Notes: generated by a model not told the origin, from the letters alone. A DNA stretch of 64,000 bases from an uncultured delta proteobacterium (GCA_963696385.1 CAVOKF010000004.1:928001-992000), one strand, 5' to 3'; positions 47,754-58,183 are shown, counted from the stretch's first letter. Numbers and translations are program-made.

Positions 47754-48123
47754 ACCCTGCCTTTCGCCCAGCGTACGGAGTCGCGGCGACCTCCTGTGAC
47801 GTGCTGGCGGACCCGCCTCCGTCGCACTGGCTCCAGCACACCTCTCGGCAGTAGAAACGGCGATGGCGCGGTGACCGAACCGCGCTTGCAGCAGGTTTAC
47901 CGAGCTGCGAGAGCCATGCCCTGCGCGCGTAGCAAGAAGCGTGGATGTTCACTCGAGTGGGCCGAACCGTCATTCGCAACGGCGACCCCATTTCCCGGGG
48001 GCGTGGCACGATTGTGGCAAGTGTGGCTGGACGACTGACCGACGCCAGCGCGTAAAGGCACTCACGGCATTGTGAAGTGCGCGTAAAGGCGGGGCGGCCG
48101 AATCCAAACCATGAGGGCTTCAC

Positions 48124-49611
48124 ATGCTAATTCGGACTATTGGGATCGCGCTTCCTACGGCATTCCTTCTCTCTGCGTGCAGCAGCAGCTCGAACAACAC
48201 CACAGAGGTGGCAGGCGATTCGGGCGTGACGCCTGACGCGGGCGACGCGGCGGCTGTGCCGGACGCAGGCAATGAGGCGGCGACCGATGCGTCGGCCGAC
48301 GCCCTAGCGATCGACGCTGGCGACGCGACCCTCGTGGGGTTGGACGCCAGCGAAGCGGACGCGTCGGGCGATGCTCTGAGCGGCGACACCGGGGCGTCCA
48401 CCGACTCCGCGGCGAGCGATTCGGGAGAGGCAGGAGCGTCGCCTGCCAACGCCGTGTACACGATGTCGAATGCCACCGCAGACAACAACGTCTTCGGCTT
48501 TCTCCGCGCATCGAATGGGAGCCTGACACCGATGACCGTGGACTTTCCGACGGGGGGCACGGGCTCCGGGATCAGTCTGGGCGAGCAGGGCGCGCTCGCG
48601 TACGACCAGGGCGCCAACCGAATCTACGCGGTCAATGCCGGCGATGGCACGTTCTCCATTTTTCCGGTGAACCTCGATGGGACGTTGGGCGCGGCCGTAA
48701 AGATCGCTGCAGCCGACACGATGCTGCTTGGGCCCAAAAGCGTCACATTCTGGGGCAATACCGTCTACGTTCTTTATGAAGGCAACGCCACGACGCCCTC
48801 GATGATTGCGGGGTATACCGTGAGCGCGACGAGCGAGGCCGGTAGCGTGTCGGCGAGTCCGATTCCGGGCACCGTCCTACGGCTCAGCAGCACGACCCAG
48901 AGCGTCGACCCGGCCCAGGTGCAGTTCACGCCGGACGGCAACTGGCTCGTCGTGACTGAAAAACAGTCGGGCGCCAACGGTAGCGTGACTGGCCCCGGCA
49001 GTATCGACACGTTCGCAGTGAGCAGCACCGGCGTCGCCACCGAAAAAGGGTTTTACACAACGGCCAGTGCCGGGCCCGACGCGGGCCCGCAATTGACTCC
49101 CTATGGCTTCGCCTTCTCGGAAGGATACTTGGTGGTGTCCGAAGCGGGGTCGACCGGCGTCGCGTCGTATGCCGTCATCGGAGGGGCGATCAGCCCGGCC
49201 GCGCCCGGCGCCAGCGGTTCGCAATTCTTGCCCACCGACGGCGCCCCCTGCTGGGTCGCGACCACTGCCGATCGGGCCTATGTGGCCAACGCGAAAGGCT
49301 CTGACATCAGTGGGTTCACCGTGAGCTCTACCACCGGAGATCTCACCGACATCGGCACCGCGACGAATGCCGTCGTCGCCACGACGGGACAGACCAGCAC
49401 GACGGAGGCGGGCACCGTCGTCAATGGCCCGAACGACGAAAGCATTACCTCCGATGGACAGTTCCTGTATGTCCTAAACTCGGGGGTAGCGTCGATCGGA
49501 ATTTTTCAAATCCAGACTAGCGGAACGCTCACGCGCGTCGGTGCGACGGATTACGCGCCTCCCGCCGAAAGCGCGCTGCCCGTGGGCGCGACGGGCCTCG
49601 TCGTGCGCTGA
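48124..49611 (+). CDS. Lactonase-family beta-propeller lipoprotein
   Basis: Lipobox LSAC, Asp/Ala linker, AVYTMSN, YAVNAG, FTPDGNWLVVTEK, DGQFLYVLN. Confidence 0.8.
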   Translation: MLIRTIGIALPTAFLLSACSSSSNNTTEVAGDSGVTPDAGDAAAVPDAGNEAATDASADALAIDAGDATLVGLDASEADASGDALSGDTGASTDSAASDSGEAGASPANAVYTMSNATADNNVFGFLRASNGSLTPMTVDFPTGGTGSGISLGEQGALAYDQGANRIYAVNAGDGTFSIFPVNLDGTLGAAVKIAAADTMLLGPKSVTFWGNTVYVLYEGNATTPSMIAGYTVSATSEAGSVSASPIPGTVLRLSSTTQSVDPAQVQFTPDGNWLVVTEKQSGANGSVTGPGSIDTFAVSSTGVATEKGFYTTASAGPDAGPQLTPYGFAFSEGYLVVSEAGSTGVASYAVIGGAISPAAPGASGSQFLPTDGAPCWVATTADRAYVANAKGSDISGFTVSSTTGDLTDIGTATNAVVATTGQTSTTEAGTVVNGPNDESITSDGQFLYVLNSGVASIGIFQIQTSGTLTRVGATDYAPPAESALPVGATGLVVR

Positions 49612-49616
49612 GCAGA

Positions 49617-49680
49617 ATGCTGGACCCGACGGGCCACGTGACCACCTGGAATCCTGGTGTCGAGAAGATCAAGGGAGCCG
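49617..49680 (+). pseudogene. PAS-domain remnant
   Basis: MLDPTGHVTTWNPGVEKIKG, then homology stops. Confidence 0.55.
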
Positions 49681-50016
49681 GCGGTTGGGACGCTTCCAGG
49701 CACTCGCGCTCTCGCGCCCATCGGTCGCGGCCACGACGCGCACGCGCCGATGCGGCGAATGCGACGGTCCCGAGCCACGGCCACGACGCCGCTGGGGATC
49801 GGGATGGGACACATGTGCGTTTTCGCTCGTCCGTTCGGCGCGACGTCACACGCACAACTGGGCCACGGGGGTGTGGCCGGTTTGCCGAATCGCATGGGCC
49901 CGTGCGAATACCGCGCCTTAGCATCGTCGTGTCCGTGCGGCCCAGGAGCCTCGTCCGGCTTGCCTATTTGAGGTTGCGCGTGGGCGACCCTCGATACCGA
50001 ACGCCAAGAGCCCCGG

Positions 50017-50031
50017 TGGCACGATCCTTGA
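50017..50031 (+). promoter_or_regulatory. Sigma-54 promoter candidate (deviant -12)
   Basis: TGGCACGATCCTTGA directly upstream of the DUF3309 gene. Confidence 0.4.
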
Positions 50032-50038
50032 AAGTTCG

Positions 50039-50197
50039 ATGCTGTTTACGATTCTACTCATTGTCCTCGTCCTTGCACTGGTCGGCACGGTCCCGGCGTG
50101 GCCATATAGCCGTGGCTGGGGATATTATCCCAGTGGCGGCGTCGGTGTCGTATTGCTGGTTCTGCTCGTCCTGTTGCTTTCCGGCTATCGCCTGTGA
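50039..50197 (+). CDS. DUF3309 family small membrane protein (52 aa; not in the ORF track)
   Basis: MLFTILLIVLVLALVGTVPAWPYSRGWGYYPSGGVGVVLLVLLVLLLSGYRL. Confidence 0.85.
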   Translation: MLFTILLIVLVLALVGTVPAWPYSRGWGYYPSGGVGVVLLVLLVLLLSGYRL

Positions 50198-50638
50198 CGG
50201 TCGAGCGGGGTCTGGCATGCAACGCCAAGGCGGCACGTTACGCCGAGGCATCGCGACGCAAGCGGCACGAAGCGGCGGGGGTGCAGACTGGGCGGAAGCG
50301 GTGGAAGGGCTATCTTGCCGTCGGGACCTTCGTGACGGTCGTGATCACCGCGCTCACGGTTCCCGTGGTGAAGGGGATCTCCGCCATCCGCAAATGGGAA
50401 CGCTGGCACGTCTGCGTACAACCAAAGAAGCCTCTACGCTGGTGCTGGATCGGCCTCGCCCATTGGAGTTCGTGAGCCCTGTTTACGGTTGCCGCCGGCC
50501 GCGCCGTAGATCTGGCCACTCGCAAACCTTGTTGGAACCCGTAGACGGAAGTTCGCCATCGCCGGTCTAGACGCAGCGGTCGTGCATGACGCGTCGGCTG
50601 CCCATTCCATTCCCAAAGCCAGCATTTCTTCGGAGTGC

Positions 50639-51754
50639 CTACCATCCCAAAGTCGACCGGAGCACGGCCACGAGCGCCGCCGCCATGCGACGGTGGCTCG
50701 CAAGGCTCGGGTGATAGTCGGCCCCGAACCCATCGGCCTTGACGATCTCGTCGAATGCAAAATAGAAAACGTGGCTATCGCCCGCGAGCCTGCGCTGATC
50801 GACGGCGGCTCGTATGTATCCTGCAGCCTTCGTTCGATTCTTCGCTCCCGGCGGGTAGGCGTCCGTCAGCATGGGGCTGACGGCACAGACGATGGCTGCG
50901 TGCGGGTAGACCGTACCCAGCATGCGCAAGAGGCCGACGTAGGCTTGCTCGAACGCCGCACCCGGATCTCCCTTTGCAAAATCGTTCACGCCAAGATGGA
51001 CCACGACGGCGTCCGGAGCGGGGCCGCGGAAGCCCCACTGGCTGGTCGGGTCGTCGGCCAAGATTCGCCTGAACCGCACGGGCATCTGATCCCGGGTCGA
51101 TCCGTCGTGGTCTCGGTAGACCCCAATGCCCGAGTACGAGATGACGGAGCGCTGCGCTCCGAATGCTGCAGCGGTCAATGCCCCGTAGGCGCTTGCTTCG
51201 TCTTCCGTAGCCGCGCTGAAGTGCTCCTTCGGACCTTTTGCGAGATCGCCGTACCCGCACGTGACCGAGTCGCCGACGAACTCGATCCGGCGCGTTCTGG
51301 CCGGCTCCGGCGTTTTGAGTAGGACTCCTTCTTGCGGGACGAAGCCGAGAAACTGCACGATTCCGACGTTCGATTCGGTGCGCTTGGTGAGTAAGACGGT
51401 GTGGCGGCCCGGACCAAGGCCCCGGGCCAAGACGTAACGCTCGGTCGTCCGGTTCGTAGCCAGCGAAGCCGGCACGCCCCCATCGATCGCCACCGCGAAA
51501 ACATTGGCCCCTTCGTCCCGAAGGCGCACGTCGACTCCCACCCCCGTGAAGGCTGTCTCAATGGCGGTTGCAGGCCAGCCAAAACGGGGTCCCGCCGGAT
51601 CGCGCGCGTCGAAACGTCCGATGGGACGGGCAAGCGCCATCAGGCTTGCCCCGGCGCGCGAAACGGGTCCCCCGTCACCGGATCCCGGGGGCAAGGCGGA
51701 TGCGGTCGACCACGCCAGAGTGATTGCGACGGCCCATGAGAAACACGTCGGCAC
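50639..51754 (-). CDS. SGNH/GDSL hydrolase, CE2 acetylxylan esterase-like
   Basis: LTKRTE, IEFVGDSVTCGYG, SGIG, LGVND, DYHP; start uncertain. Confidence 0.85.
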   Translation of the reverse strand: MPTCFSWAVAITLAWSTASALPPGSGDGGPVSRAGASLMALARPIGRFDARDPAGPRFGWPATAIETAFTGVGVDVRLRDEGANVFAVAIDGGVPASLATNRTTERYVLARGLGPGRHTVLLTKRTESNVGIVQFLGFVPQEGVLLKTPEPARTRRIEFVGDSVTCGYGDLAKGPKEHFSAATEDEASAYGALTAAAFGAQRSVISYSGIGVYRDHDGSTRDQMPVRFRRILADDPTSQWGFRGPAPDAVVVHLGVNDFAKGDPGAAFEQAYVGLLRMLGTVYPHAAIVCAVSPMLTDAYPPGAKNRTKAAGYIRAAVDQRRLAGDSHVFYFAFDEIVKADGFGADYHPSLASHRRMAAALVAVLRSTLGW

Positions 51755-51837
51755 GGTCGAGCGGTCGCCATGAATCTGGCGGGCGGTGCCGGACACCGTT
51801 TTCCGTCGCGTCCCGCTAAGCGCCTCTCCTACCGCAC

Positions 51838-51980
51838 GCCCGGCCGAAACGACCTTCAACGCGTCCTCCTGCGCTCCTCCGCTACGAGACCCCCAGTGCA
51901 TTTGAAGCATGCCCGGCCGAAACGACCTTCAACGCGTCCTCCTGCGCTCCTCCGCTACGAGACACCCAGTGCATTTGAAG
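51838..51980. repeat. Tandem direct repeat, 70 bp x2 (period 73)
   Basis: 51838-51907 and 51911-51980 differ at one base. Confidence 0.9.
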
Positions 51981-52393
51981 ATTGCCTTGAAAGAGAAGGA
52001 CGTTGCAGAAGCCTTACTGCGGAGGATCGGGCCCACTTCGATTGGGCCGCGACGGAGAGTGACCTGACAGCCCGCTCGACGAGCGCATCCGACGACGAAG
52101 TCTGCCCACGAGCCGAGCGGCGACCGGGGGGGTGCCGCCGGACTCGGCGCGCGGGCAGGCTTCGGTGACGGAAACCCATCTGAAGCAGCTTCTGCGGCTC
52201 GTGGATGGTGACCTGGGTCTTCGTTACTCGATTGCCGTTCACTGCTCTGCCTTTCATGCCGCTTGCATTTCACGGATCCACCGAACTCGCTGCACGGGCC
52301 GTGCCGCAGTAGGGCTGATTTTCCCTCCCACTCGCATCTCCTTCGTCGAAGGCGCGGCCTAGCGCGGCCGAGATCGCGTTGCGACGGCCTCGC

Positions 52394-52408
52394 TGGCCTG
52401 CCTTTTGC
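52394..52408 (+). promoter_or_regulatory. Sigma-54 -24/-12 promoter candidate
   Basis: TGGCCTGCCTTTTGC. Confidence 0.55.
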
Positions 52409-52440
52409 GAAGAGGTACGCACGCGCTCTCGGAGGTTGAT

Positions 52441-52506
52441 ATGAAATACGGTCTCGCGTGGTTGGTCGGCGTTCCACCCATCCTTATCGTCGCCTGGTTT
52501 TTCTAA
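52441..52506 (+). CDS. 21-aa single-TM peptide MKYGLAWLVGVPPILIVAWFF
   Basis: Strong SD GGAGGT ending 4 nt before the ATG; uniformly hydrophobic. Confidence 0.55.
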   Translation: MKYGLAWLVGVPPILIVAWFF

Positions 52507-52510
52507 GGCA

Positions 52511-54388
52511 TTGCTGAAAAGGGAAGACCCCATCGGCCGCGGGTGGGTCACCGCGCTCGGCGCGGTCGGGGTGGTATTCGGAAACATCGGTACGAGCCCT
52601 CTCTATACGTTGCAGGTCGCAGCCAAGGTGGATGAGGGAGGACGGCTGGATCGCCCCGATACGCTCGGGGTCGTGTCGCTGATCCTATGGGCGCTCATCC
52701 TGGCTGTCTCGGTCAAGTACGTGGGTTTTGTCATGCGCGCCGACAATCGAGGCGAGGGCGGCATCTTGGCGCTCCTTTCGCTTCTGCCCCGACGTTCTCG
52801 CACATCGATTGGAATCATGGCGCTCTTGGTCGTGGCGGGCGCGGCACTCTTGTTTGGCGACGGAATGATCACTCCCGCCATTTCGGTTCTCAGCGCTCTC
52901 GAAGGCCTCGAAATCGCCGCACCGGGCATGAGGCCGTTGATCGTTCCACTGACATGCGGCGTTCTGTTCGGGCTTTTTGCGATTCAGGGTCGCGGCACGG
53001 CACGCGTGGGATCGCTCTTCGGGCCGGTGATGGTGGCCTGGTTCGTCACCGTGGGAGCACTTGGGCTGAAGGAGGTTCTCAGGGCTCCAGGTATTCTTAC
53101 GGCGATCTCGCCCCATTGGGGTGCCCTGTACTTTGCTCACCACGGGCTGCGCGGGCTTTCCATCCTCGGGGTCGTGGTGCTGGCGATCACGGGGGCCGAA
53201 GCCCTCTATGCGGACATGGGCCACTTCGGCGCGAGCCCCATTCGCTTGTCCTGGTTCGGTTTGGTTTTTCCATCGCTTGCATTTTCGTATCTCGGGCAAG
53301 CGGCGCTCGTCCTGCGCGAACCGGAGGCGTTGGCTCATCCGTTCTTTTCGATGGTTCCGACCGGCGTCTTCACGGTCGGGCTCGTCGCCCTTGCCGCAAT
53401 GGCCACGACGATCGCGTCGCAGGCGCTGATTAGTGGAGTGTTCTCGCTGACCCATCAAGCCGTGCAGCTCGGGTACTTTCCTCGCGTTACGGTCCGCCAC
53501 ACTTCGCGCGAGGCCGAAGGACAAATCTACGTTCCGCTCATGAACTGGGGGCTCATGGTCACGTGCATTGCCCTGGTCTTGGGGTTCCGAGAATCGTCGC
53601 ATCTGGCGTCGGCGTACGGCATCGCGGTCAGCGGAACGATGGCCATCACCTCTGTGGTGTTTTACGACGTGACACGGTCGGCCTGGAAGTGGCCGCCGGT
53701 GCGGTCCGTGCCGTTGCTTTGTCTCTTTCTCGCTTTCGATCTGCCTTTTTTCTTCGCCAATCTGACCAAGGTCATCGACGGGGGATACGTCCCGATCCTC
53801 GTCGGCACGGTGTTTTTCTTGATCATGGTGAACTGGCGCCGCGGGCGCACACTCTTGGCTGAGTACATGCGCCGGCGCTGCGTGCCGTTCGACGAGTTTC
53901 TTGCCCGCCTGCCCGAGAGCGGTGTGGTGCGTGTGCCGGGGACGGCCGTCTACCTGACGGCGACCGAGGGAGTCCCGCATGTCTTGTCGATTCAGGCGTC
54001 TCGCACCCGATCGCTCATGGATCATGTCATCGTCCTGAGAGTCGTCGTCGAGCACGAGCCGCAGGCTCCAGAGGACCAACGCGACGAGGTCGAGCCGTTC
54101 GATCGCCATGGGTTCGTGCGCGTCAGCATTCGGTTCGGCTACATGGAAAACCCCGAGGTGCCTCCCGCGCTGACCCGAGCGCTCGAGCGTCATGGAGTCT
54201 GCCAGGCGCTCGGCGACGCGACGTATTACATCGGACGCGAGACCTTCGTCGCGGGCAACGGCGGAAAGATGACACCGACGGCCGAGCGGCTGTTTGCCTT
54301 TCTCTGGCGGAACGCGAGAAGCGCCGTCGGTCATTTCGGGTTGCCGCCGGACCGCGTCATCGAATTCGGAACGCGCATCGATCTCTGA
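52511..54388 (+). CDS. kup: KUP/HAK/KT potassium transporter
   Basis: GVVFGNIGTSPLY, ADNRGEGG, GDGMITPAISVLSA, GAEALYADMGHFG, GQIYVP. Confidence 0.95.
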   Translation: MLKREDPIGRGWVTALGAVGVVFGNIGTSPLYTLQVAAKVDEGGRLDRPDTLGVVSLILWALILAVSVKYVGFVMRADNRGEGGILALLSLLPRRSRTSIGIMALLVVAGAALLFGDGMITPAISVLSALEGLEIAAPGMRPLIVPLTCGVLFGLFAIQGRGTARVGSLFGPVMVAWFVTVGALGLKEVLRAPGILTAISPHWGALYFAHHGLRGLSILGVVVLAITGAEALYADMGHFGASPIRLSWFGLVFPSLAFSYLGQAALVLREPEALAHPFFSMVPTGVFTVGLVALAAMATTIASQALISGVFSLTHQAVQLGYFPRVTVRHTSREAEGQIYVPLMNWGLMVTCIALVLGFRESSHLASAYGIAVSGTMAITSVVFYDVTRSAWKWPPVRSVPLLCLFLAFDLPFFFANLTKVIDGGYVPILVGTVFFLIMVNWRRGRTLLAEYMRRRCVPFDEFLARLPESGVVRVPGTAVYLTATEGVPHVLSIQASRTRSLMDHVIVLRVVVEHEPQAPEDQRDEVEPFDRHGFVRVSIRFGYMENPEVPPALTRALERHGVCQALGDATYYIGRETFVAGNGGKMTPTAERLFAFLWRNARSAVGHFGLPPDRVIEFGTRIDL

Positions 54389-54494
54389 CCGACCCCGCGG
54401 GGGCCTCTTGCCGTTGAAGGCCCCCGCATTAGGCGCGGCTCGACGTCGACGTCGACGGCGGAGCCCCGCTCAGCGACGGGCGCGAGACGCACTG

Positions 54495-54608
54495 CGCGAC
54501 GAGCCCTGGCCGCCGGATTCGATGCGTCTATCTCGAAACCGGTAGACGCAGGCGAGCTCGTCACGGTAGTCGCCAAACTCGCGGCGGACGAACGGCGATC
54601 CTCGTAAC
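54495..54608 (+). pseudogene. Receiver-domain C-terminal remnant
   Basis: RALAAGFDASISKPVDAGELVTVVAKL. Confidence 0.6.
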
Positions 54609-54668
54609 TCCTCGCCCGCCATGATGGCGTCACCGAGCCCGGGGTTCATCCCTTGGCCGCCAACGGGG

Positions 54669-55121
54669 CTATGGGGATGACCGGCGCCACATCAGGACGC
54701 TGCCATCCGGGACCGCCCCTGGACAGTAGTGGTGGACAAGCAGAAGCAGTTTGTCGAGATCGATCGGTTTGGGAAGGCAAGCGCGAACAAACAGGGGCCC
54801 GGCCGCCGCCCCCGGCTGCGTGACGCTCGTGACGAGGATCGTGGGAATATGGGCCAACGACTCCTCGCCTAATTGCCACTCACGAAACGAGGGGCCGTCC
54901 ATTCCCGGCATGTTCAAGTCAAGCAGGATGAGCTTGGGGTGGAACCGTGCAAGCCACTGGAGTGCCGAGGCGCCGTCCGGCGCCGTTGCAATCGAATAAC
55001 CCGCACTCTCGAGGGCAGTCTGAATAACGGCCAAGAAGTTCTCGTCGTCGTCGATAACAAGAACGGAACTCTCTTTTTGGGCGCACGCAAGCATTGCACC
55101 GGCGCCCTTGTTTCCAGTCAT
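54669..55121 (-). CDS. Single-domain response regulator
   Basis: VLVIDDD, LLDLNMPGMDG, LPKPIDL. Confidence 0.85.
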   Translation of the reverse strand: MTGNKGAGAMLACAQKESSVLVIDDDENFLAVIQTALESAGYSIATAPDGASALQWLARFHPKLILLDLNMPGMDGPSFREWQLGEESLAHIPTILVTSVTQPGAAAGPLFVRACLPKPIDLDKLLLLVHHYCPGAVPDGSVLMWRRSSP

Positions 55122-55250
55122 GACAAACCCAAACCTTGCGACCAAGGGAAAAAATGAAGGCCCTCTGGAGCACCCGCCCAAGTCGGAAGGACGTGGCTGC
55201 AATACCCCATAGGAAGCTTATGCGGAATCGGCCCAGGCCATTCATGTCTT

Positions 55251-55550
55251 TTACTCGTTAGTTGTTTGTCGAGCCTCGCCCTTCAGCTCCTGCGCTTTGC
55301 CCTCGGCTTGCAACAGCTCATCATCGATGACTGCGCCGGCTCGATTCTTGATGGCTCGGACGACCTGTTCGACCTTGCCCTTCGAGCGTTCCGCGGCCTT
55401 CGCCGCTTCTTCGCGTGCCCTTCCTTCGAGTTCTTGTGCTTTCCCCTCGGCCTCCATCCGCTCGTTGCCGATGACCTTGCCGATGCCTTGTTTGAATCGA
55501 CCAACAACTTGCTGCGCCACACCTGCGCCCTTGTCTTTCTGGTTGCTCAT
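55251..55550 (-). CDS. csbD: CsbD family stress protein (two repeats)
   Basis: GRFKQGIGKVIGNERMEAEGKAQELEG plus a second similar repeat. Confidence 0.85.
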   Translation of the reverse strand: MSNQKDKGAGVAQQVVGRFKQGIGKVIGNERMEAEGKAQELEGRAREEAAKAAERSKGKVEQVVRAIKNRAGAVIDDELLQAEGKAQELKGEARQTTNE

Positions 55551-55581
55551 GGGCTCCTCCGGATCCATCCAAACGGAGATT

Positions 55582-55596
55582 GCAATGCACATGCCA
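55582..55596 (-). promoter_or_regulatory. Sigma-54 -24/-12 promoter candidate
   Basis: TGGCATGTGCATTGC upstream of csbD. Confidence 0.65.
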
Positions 55597-55756
55597 GACA
55601 CCATGAAGTGAGTTGCCGTGCTGCCGCATCTGTCACGCATGCCACTCGATGCCACTCGTCCGATGCATCGGCTCATCCCTGATCCTCCTCGTCCTCTGAA
55701 CAATGGACTGACGGGGCGATACGCGCCCGGTGCCGCGCCCGGGCTGTGGGGGGGGA

Positions 55757-55771
55757 TGGCACGCGCATTGC
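55757..55771 (+). promoter_or_regulatory. Sigma-54 -24/-12 promoter (full consensus)
   Basis: TGGCACGCGCATTGC = TGGCACG-N4-TTGC. Confidence 0.7.
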
Positions 55772-55784
55772 GATTCTGTCACGA

Positions 55785-56882
55785 ATGGCGATTCTCAGCG
55801 CGCTACTCAGCCTAGTGATGCGGGAGCTCAGCACGATCGTGCAAGCGATCTTCGGCTGGTCGGTCACGGCGCTTTTCGGCAAGCTCGCCGCGAAGAAGCA
55901 GACGGGGCTCAGCGTGGCCCTCGCATTGTCCGTCGTCTGGCCCTTCCTGCTGCTGGGCTGCTTTCTGCCCGGCGCAGCCGCATGGGCGATCGCGCTCGTG
56001 CCCATCCACAAATGGCTGGGGGATGTGGCGCTTCGGATCATTTGGGTCACGCTCGCGGTTCTCGTCCCGAGCGCCGTGGGAGCCATCACGCGCTGGATTA
56101 CGCCGGCAGACAAGCTCCGAGGCGGACTCGTTTTCACGCTGCTTGGCGGCTACCCGATCGCCATCGGGTACTTCTTGGCGTTTGTGATCACCGCAGTGAC
56201 GGTCCCGGTGGTGAAAGTGATATCCACCATCCACAAATGGGAGGACTGTCACGTCTACGTGCAACCGAAGGAGGGGCGATACCTCGCGGTGCTCGAAGCA
56301 CTCGTTAAGGCGTGCGACCGGGCCGGCGCTCGCGTGGCCCGGGAAGACGTGCCGCGACCGATGGCGCTTGCGACCCTGATCGTGCAAAAACTCGCCAAGC
56401 CGTTTCTCGAGCCAATCGTTGCGTCGAGGCCCCAGCGGTTGCGCGGCGAAAGGCTCGAGATCTATCTCTACCCGGCAGACTTGCTTCTGCGAGGTGCCCC
56501 ACACACCGTTGCACACGTGCGTGCCGCGATGACGCGCACGAACCTGGAGGAGGACGCGTATCTCGTCACGGAGCCCGAGGCGCAAAAGATCCAAGACGAG
56601 ATCCAACAACTGTGGAGCGAACAAGGAAAAGGTCAACACTCGGGTCGCGAGCGCGCCACCAGCATTTTTCAGGATCTTTCGCGTCGTCTGGATCGTGCGC
56701 CTATCCCCTTCGACGAGTGGACGACGTTGGAGGTGGCGCTCCGTCGCCTCGAGCGGACTCTCTCCGGTAAGCCTGATCTGCTTGCCGCAGGGTCGGATGG
56801 CCACAGCGGTGCCTTCGCGCGGCGTGGCTCGATCGACGGAACCATCCAACAGCCGTCGCTAGCATCCCGACAACCGCCATGA
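55785..56882 (+). CDS. Multi-pass membrane protein with soluble C-domain, hypothetical
   Basis: Several TM helices, then YLYPADLLLRG and a helical tail. Confidence 0.75.
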   Translation: MAILSALLSLVMRELSTIVQAIFGWSVTALFGKLAAKKQTGLSVALALSVVWPFLLLGCFLPGAAAWAIALVPIHKWLGDVALRIIWVTLAVLVPSAVGAITRWITPADKLRGGLVFTLLGGYPIAIGYFLAFVITAVTVPVVKVISTIHKWEDCHVYVQPKEGRYLAVLEALVKACDRAGARVAREDVPRPMALATLIVQKLAKPFLEPIVASRPQRLRGERLEIYLYPADLLLRGAPHTVAHVRAAMTRTNLEEDAYLVTEPEAQKIQDEIQQLWSEQGKGQHSGRERATSIFQDLSRRLDRAPIPFDEWTTLEVALRRLERTLSGKPDLLAAGSDGHSGAFARRGSIDGTIQQPSLASRQPP

Positions 56883-57017
56883 CGAGGTTTCCTTGGGCAC
56901 AACACCGGGCGGTCTCGACCGCGCGGCGGCGCTCGCGAGTGCCAGTGTGCACGAAGCTTGCCGGTTCCGCTGTGACGCGAAAATGGACACGTTGGATGCT
57001 TCGTGGGCGGCCACTTC

Positions 57018-57032
57018 TGGCTCACGCTTTGC
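57018..57032 (+). promoter_or_regulatory. Sigma-54 -24/-12 promoter candidate
   Basis: TGGCTCACGCTTTGC. Confidence 0.55.
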
Positions 57033-57064
57033 ACTGCCGTCGGTCTCGATTGAAGGAGGGCGTC

Positions 57065-58183
57065 ATGGACGAAACGTACGAAACGAACCGCAGAATCCGC
57101 TACGCCGTGATCGGTCTCGGCAACATCGCGCAGGTGGCCATTTTGCCCGCCTTCGAGCACGCCAAACACAACTCGGAACTGGTCGCACTCGTCTCGTCGA
57201 ATCCGGAGAAGCTCACGGTGCTCGCGAAGAAGTACGAGATCGAGCACACCGGAAGTTACGACTCCGTCGAGGCGGTGCTTCGCGAATCCAAAGCCGATGC
57301 CGTCTATATTGCTCTTCCGAACGCGATGCATCGCTCCATGACCGAGCGCGTCGCCGCCGTTGGCGTGCACGTGCTTTGCGAAAAACCCATGGCCATGACC
57401 GTGGAAGACTGCGAGGCCATGGTTGCGGCGACGCGCGCCGAAAACGTCAAGCTCATGATCGCCTATCGCCTGCACTTCGAAAAGGCGAACCTCACGGCAA
57501 TCGAGCGCGTCCGAAAGGGCGAAATCGGCGAGCCACGCCTGTTCACGTCGACGTTCTGCCAGCAGGTCCGAGAGGGCGACGTTCGGACGCGCGCCCGCGC
57601 CGGGGGCGGTGCGGCATACGACATGGGTGTATATTGCATCAACGCCGCGCGCAATCTGTTCCGGGAAGAGCCCACGCAAGTCCTCGCAATCCAAGTGCGT
57701 GACTCGGGCGATCGTTTCCAGGGAGTGGACGAAGCCACGACGGCGATCCTGCGCTTTTCCGGCGGACGAGTTGCGCAGTTTACGGCGAGCCAAGGGGCTG
57801 CCGACGTTGCCGAATACCGCGTTGTCGGCACCAAGGGCGACATCCGACTCGATCCAGCCTACGGCTACCGGTCGGAGCTCAGGGAGTACGTGACGGTCGG
57901 CGAAAGGACCGATCACACGTCGTATTCGAATCGCGACCAATTTGCGCCCGAGCTCATTCACTTTTCGAACGCGATTCTCACGGACACCGAGCCAGAACCT
58001 TCAGGGGAAGAGGGGCTCTGCGACGTGCGCGTGCTTCGCGCCATCGAAGCGTCCGCGCGCACCGGTCAGCGTGTGAGCTTGGCGCCCTACGAGCGCGACG
58101 ATCGACCGAGCCTGCGGCTCGAGACGAGATTGCCTCCTGTCGGCAAGGTGCGACCGGTCGACGCGCCCTCGCCGAGCAAGTAA
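57065..58183 (+). CDS. Gfo/Idh/MocA oxidoreductase (glucose-fructose oxidoreductase-like)
   Basis: YAVIGLGNIA, YIALPNAMH, LCEKPMA, DMGVYC. Confidence 0.9.
   Translation: MDETYETNRRIRYAVIGLGNIAQVAILPAFEHAKHNSELVALVSSNPEKLTVLAKKYEIEHTGSYDSVEAVLRESKADAVYIALPNAMHRSMTERVAAVGVHVLCEKPMAMTVEDCEAMVAATRAENVKLMIAYRLHFEKANLTAIERVRKGEIGEPRLFTSTFCQQVREGDVRTRARAGGGAAYDMGVYCINAARNLFREEPTQVLAIQVRDSGDRFQGVDEATTAILRFSGGRVAQFTASQGAADVAEYRVVGTKGDIRLDPAYGYRSELREYVTVGERTDHTSYSNRDQFAPELIHFSNAILTDTEPEPSGEEGLCDVRVLRAIEASARTGQRVSLAPYERDDRPSLRLETRLPPVGKVRPVDAPSPSK

Noticed and set aside
51838..51980. Possible CRISPR array
   Set aside because: Only two 70-bp copies, no unique spacers, no cas genes.
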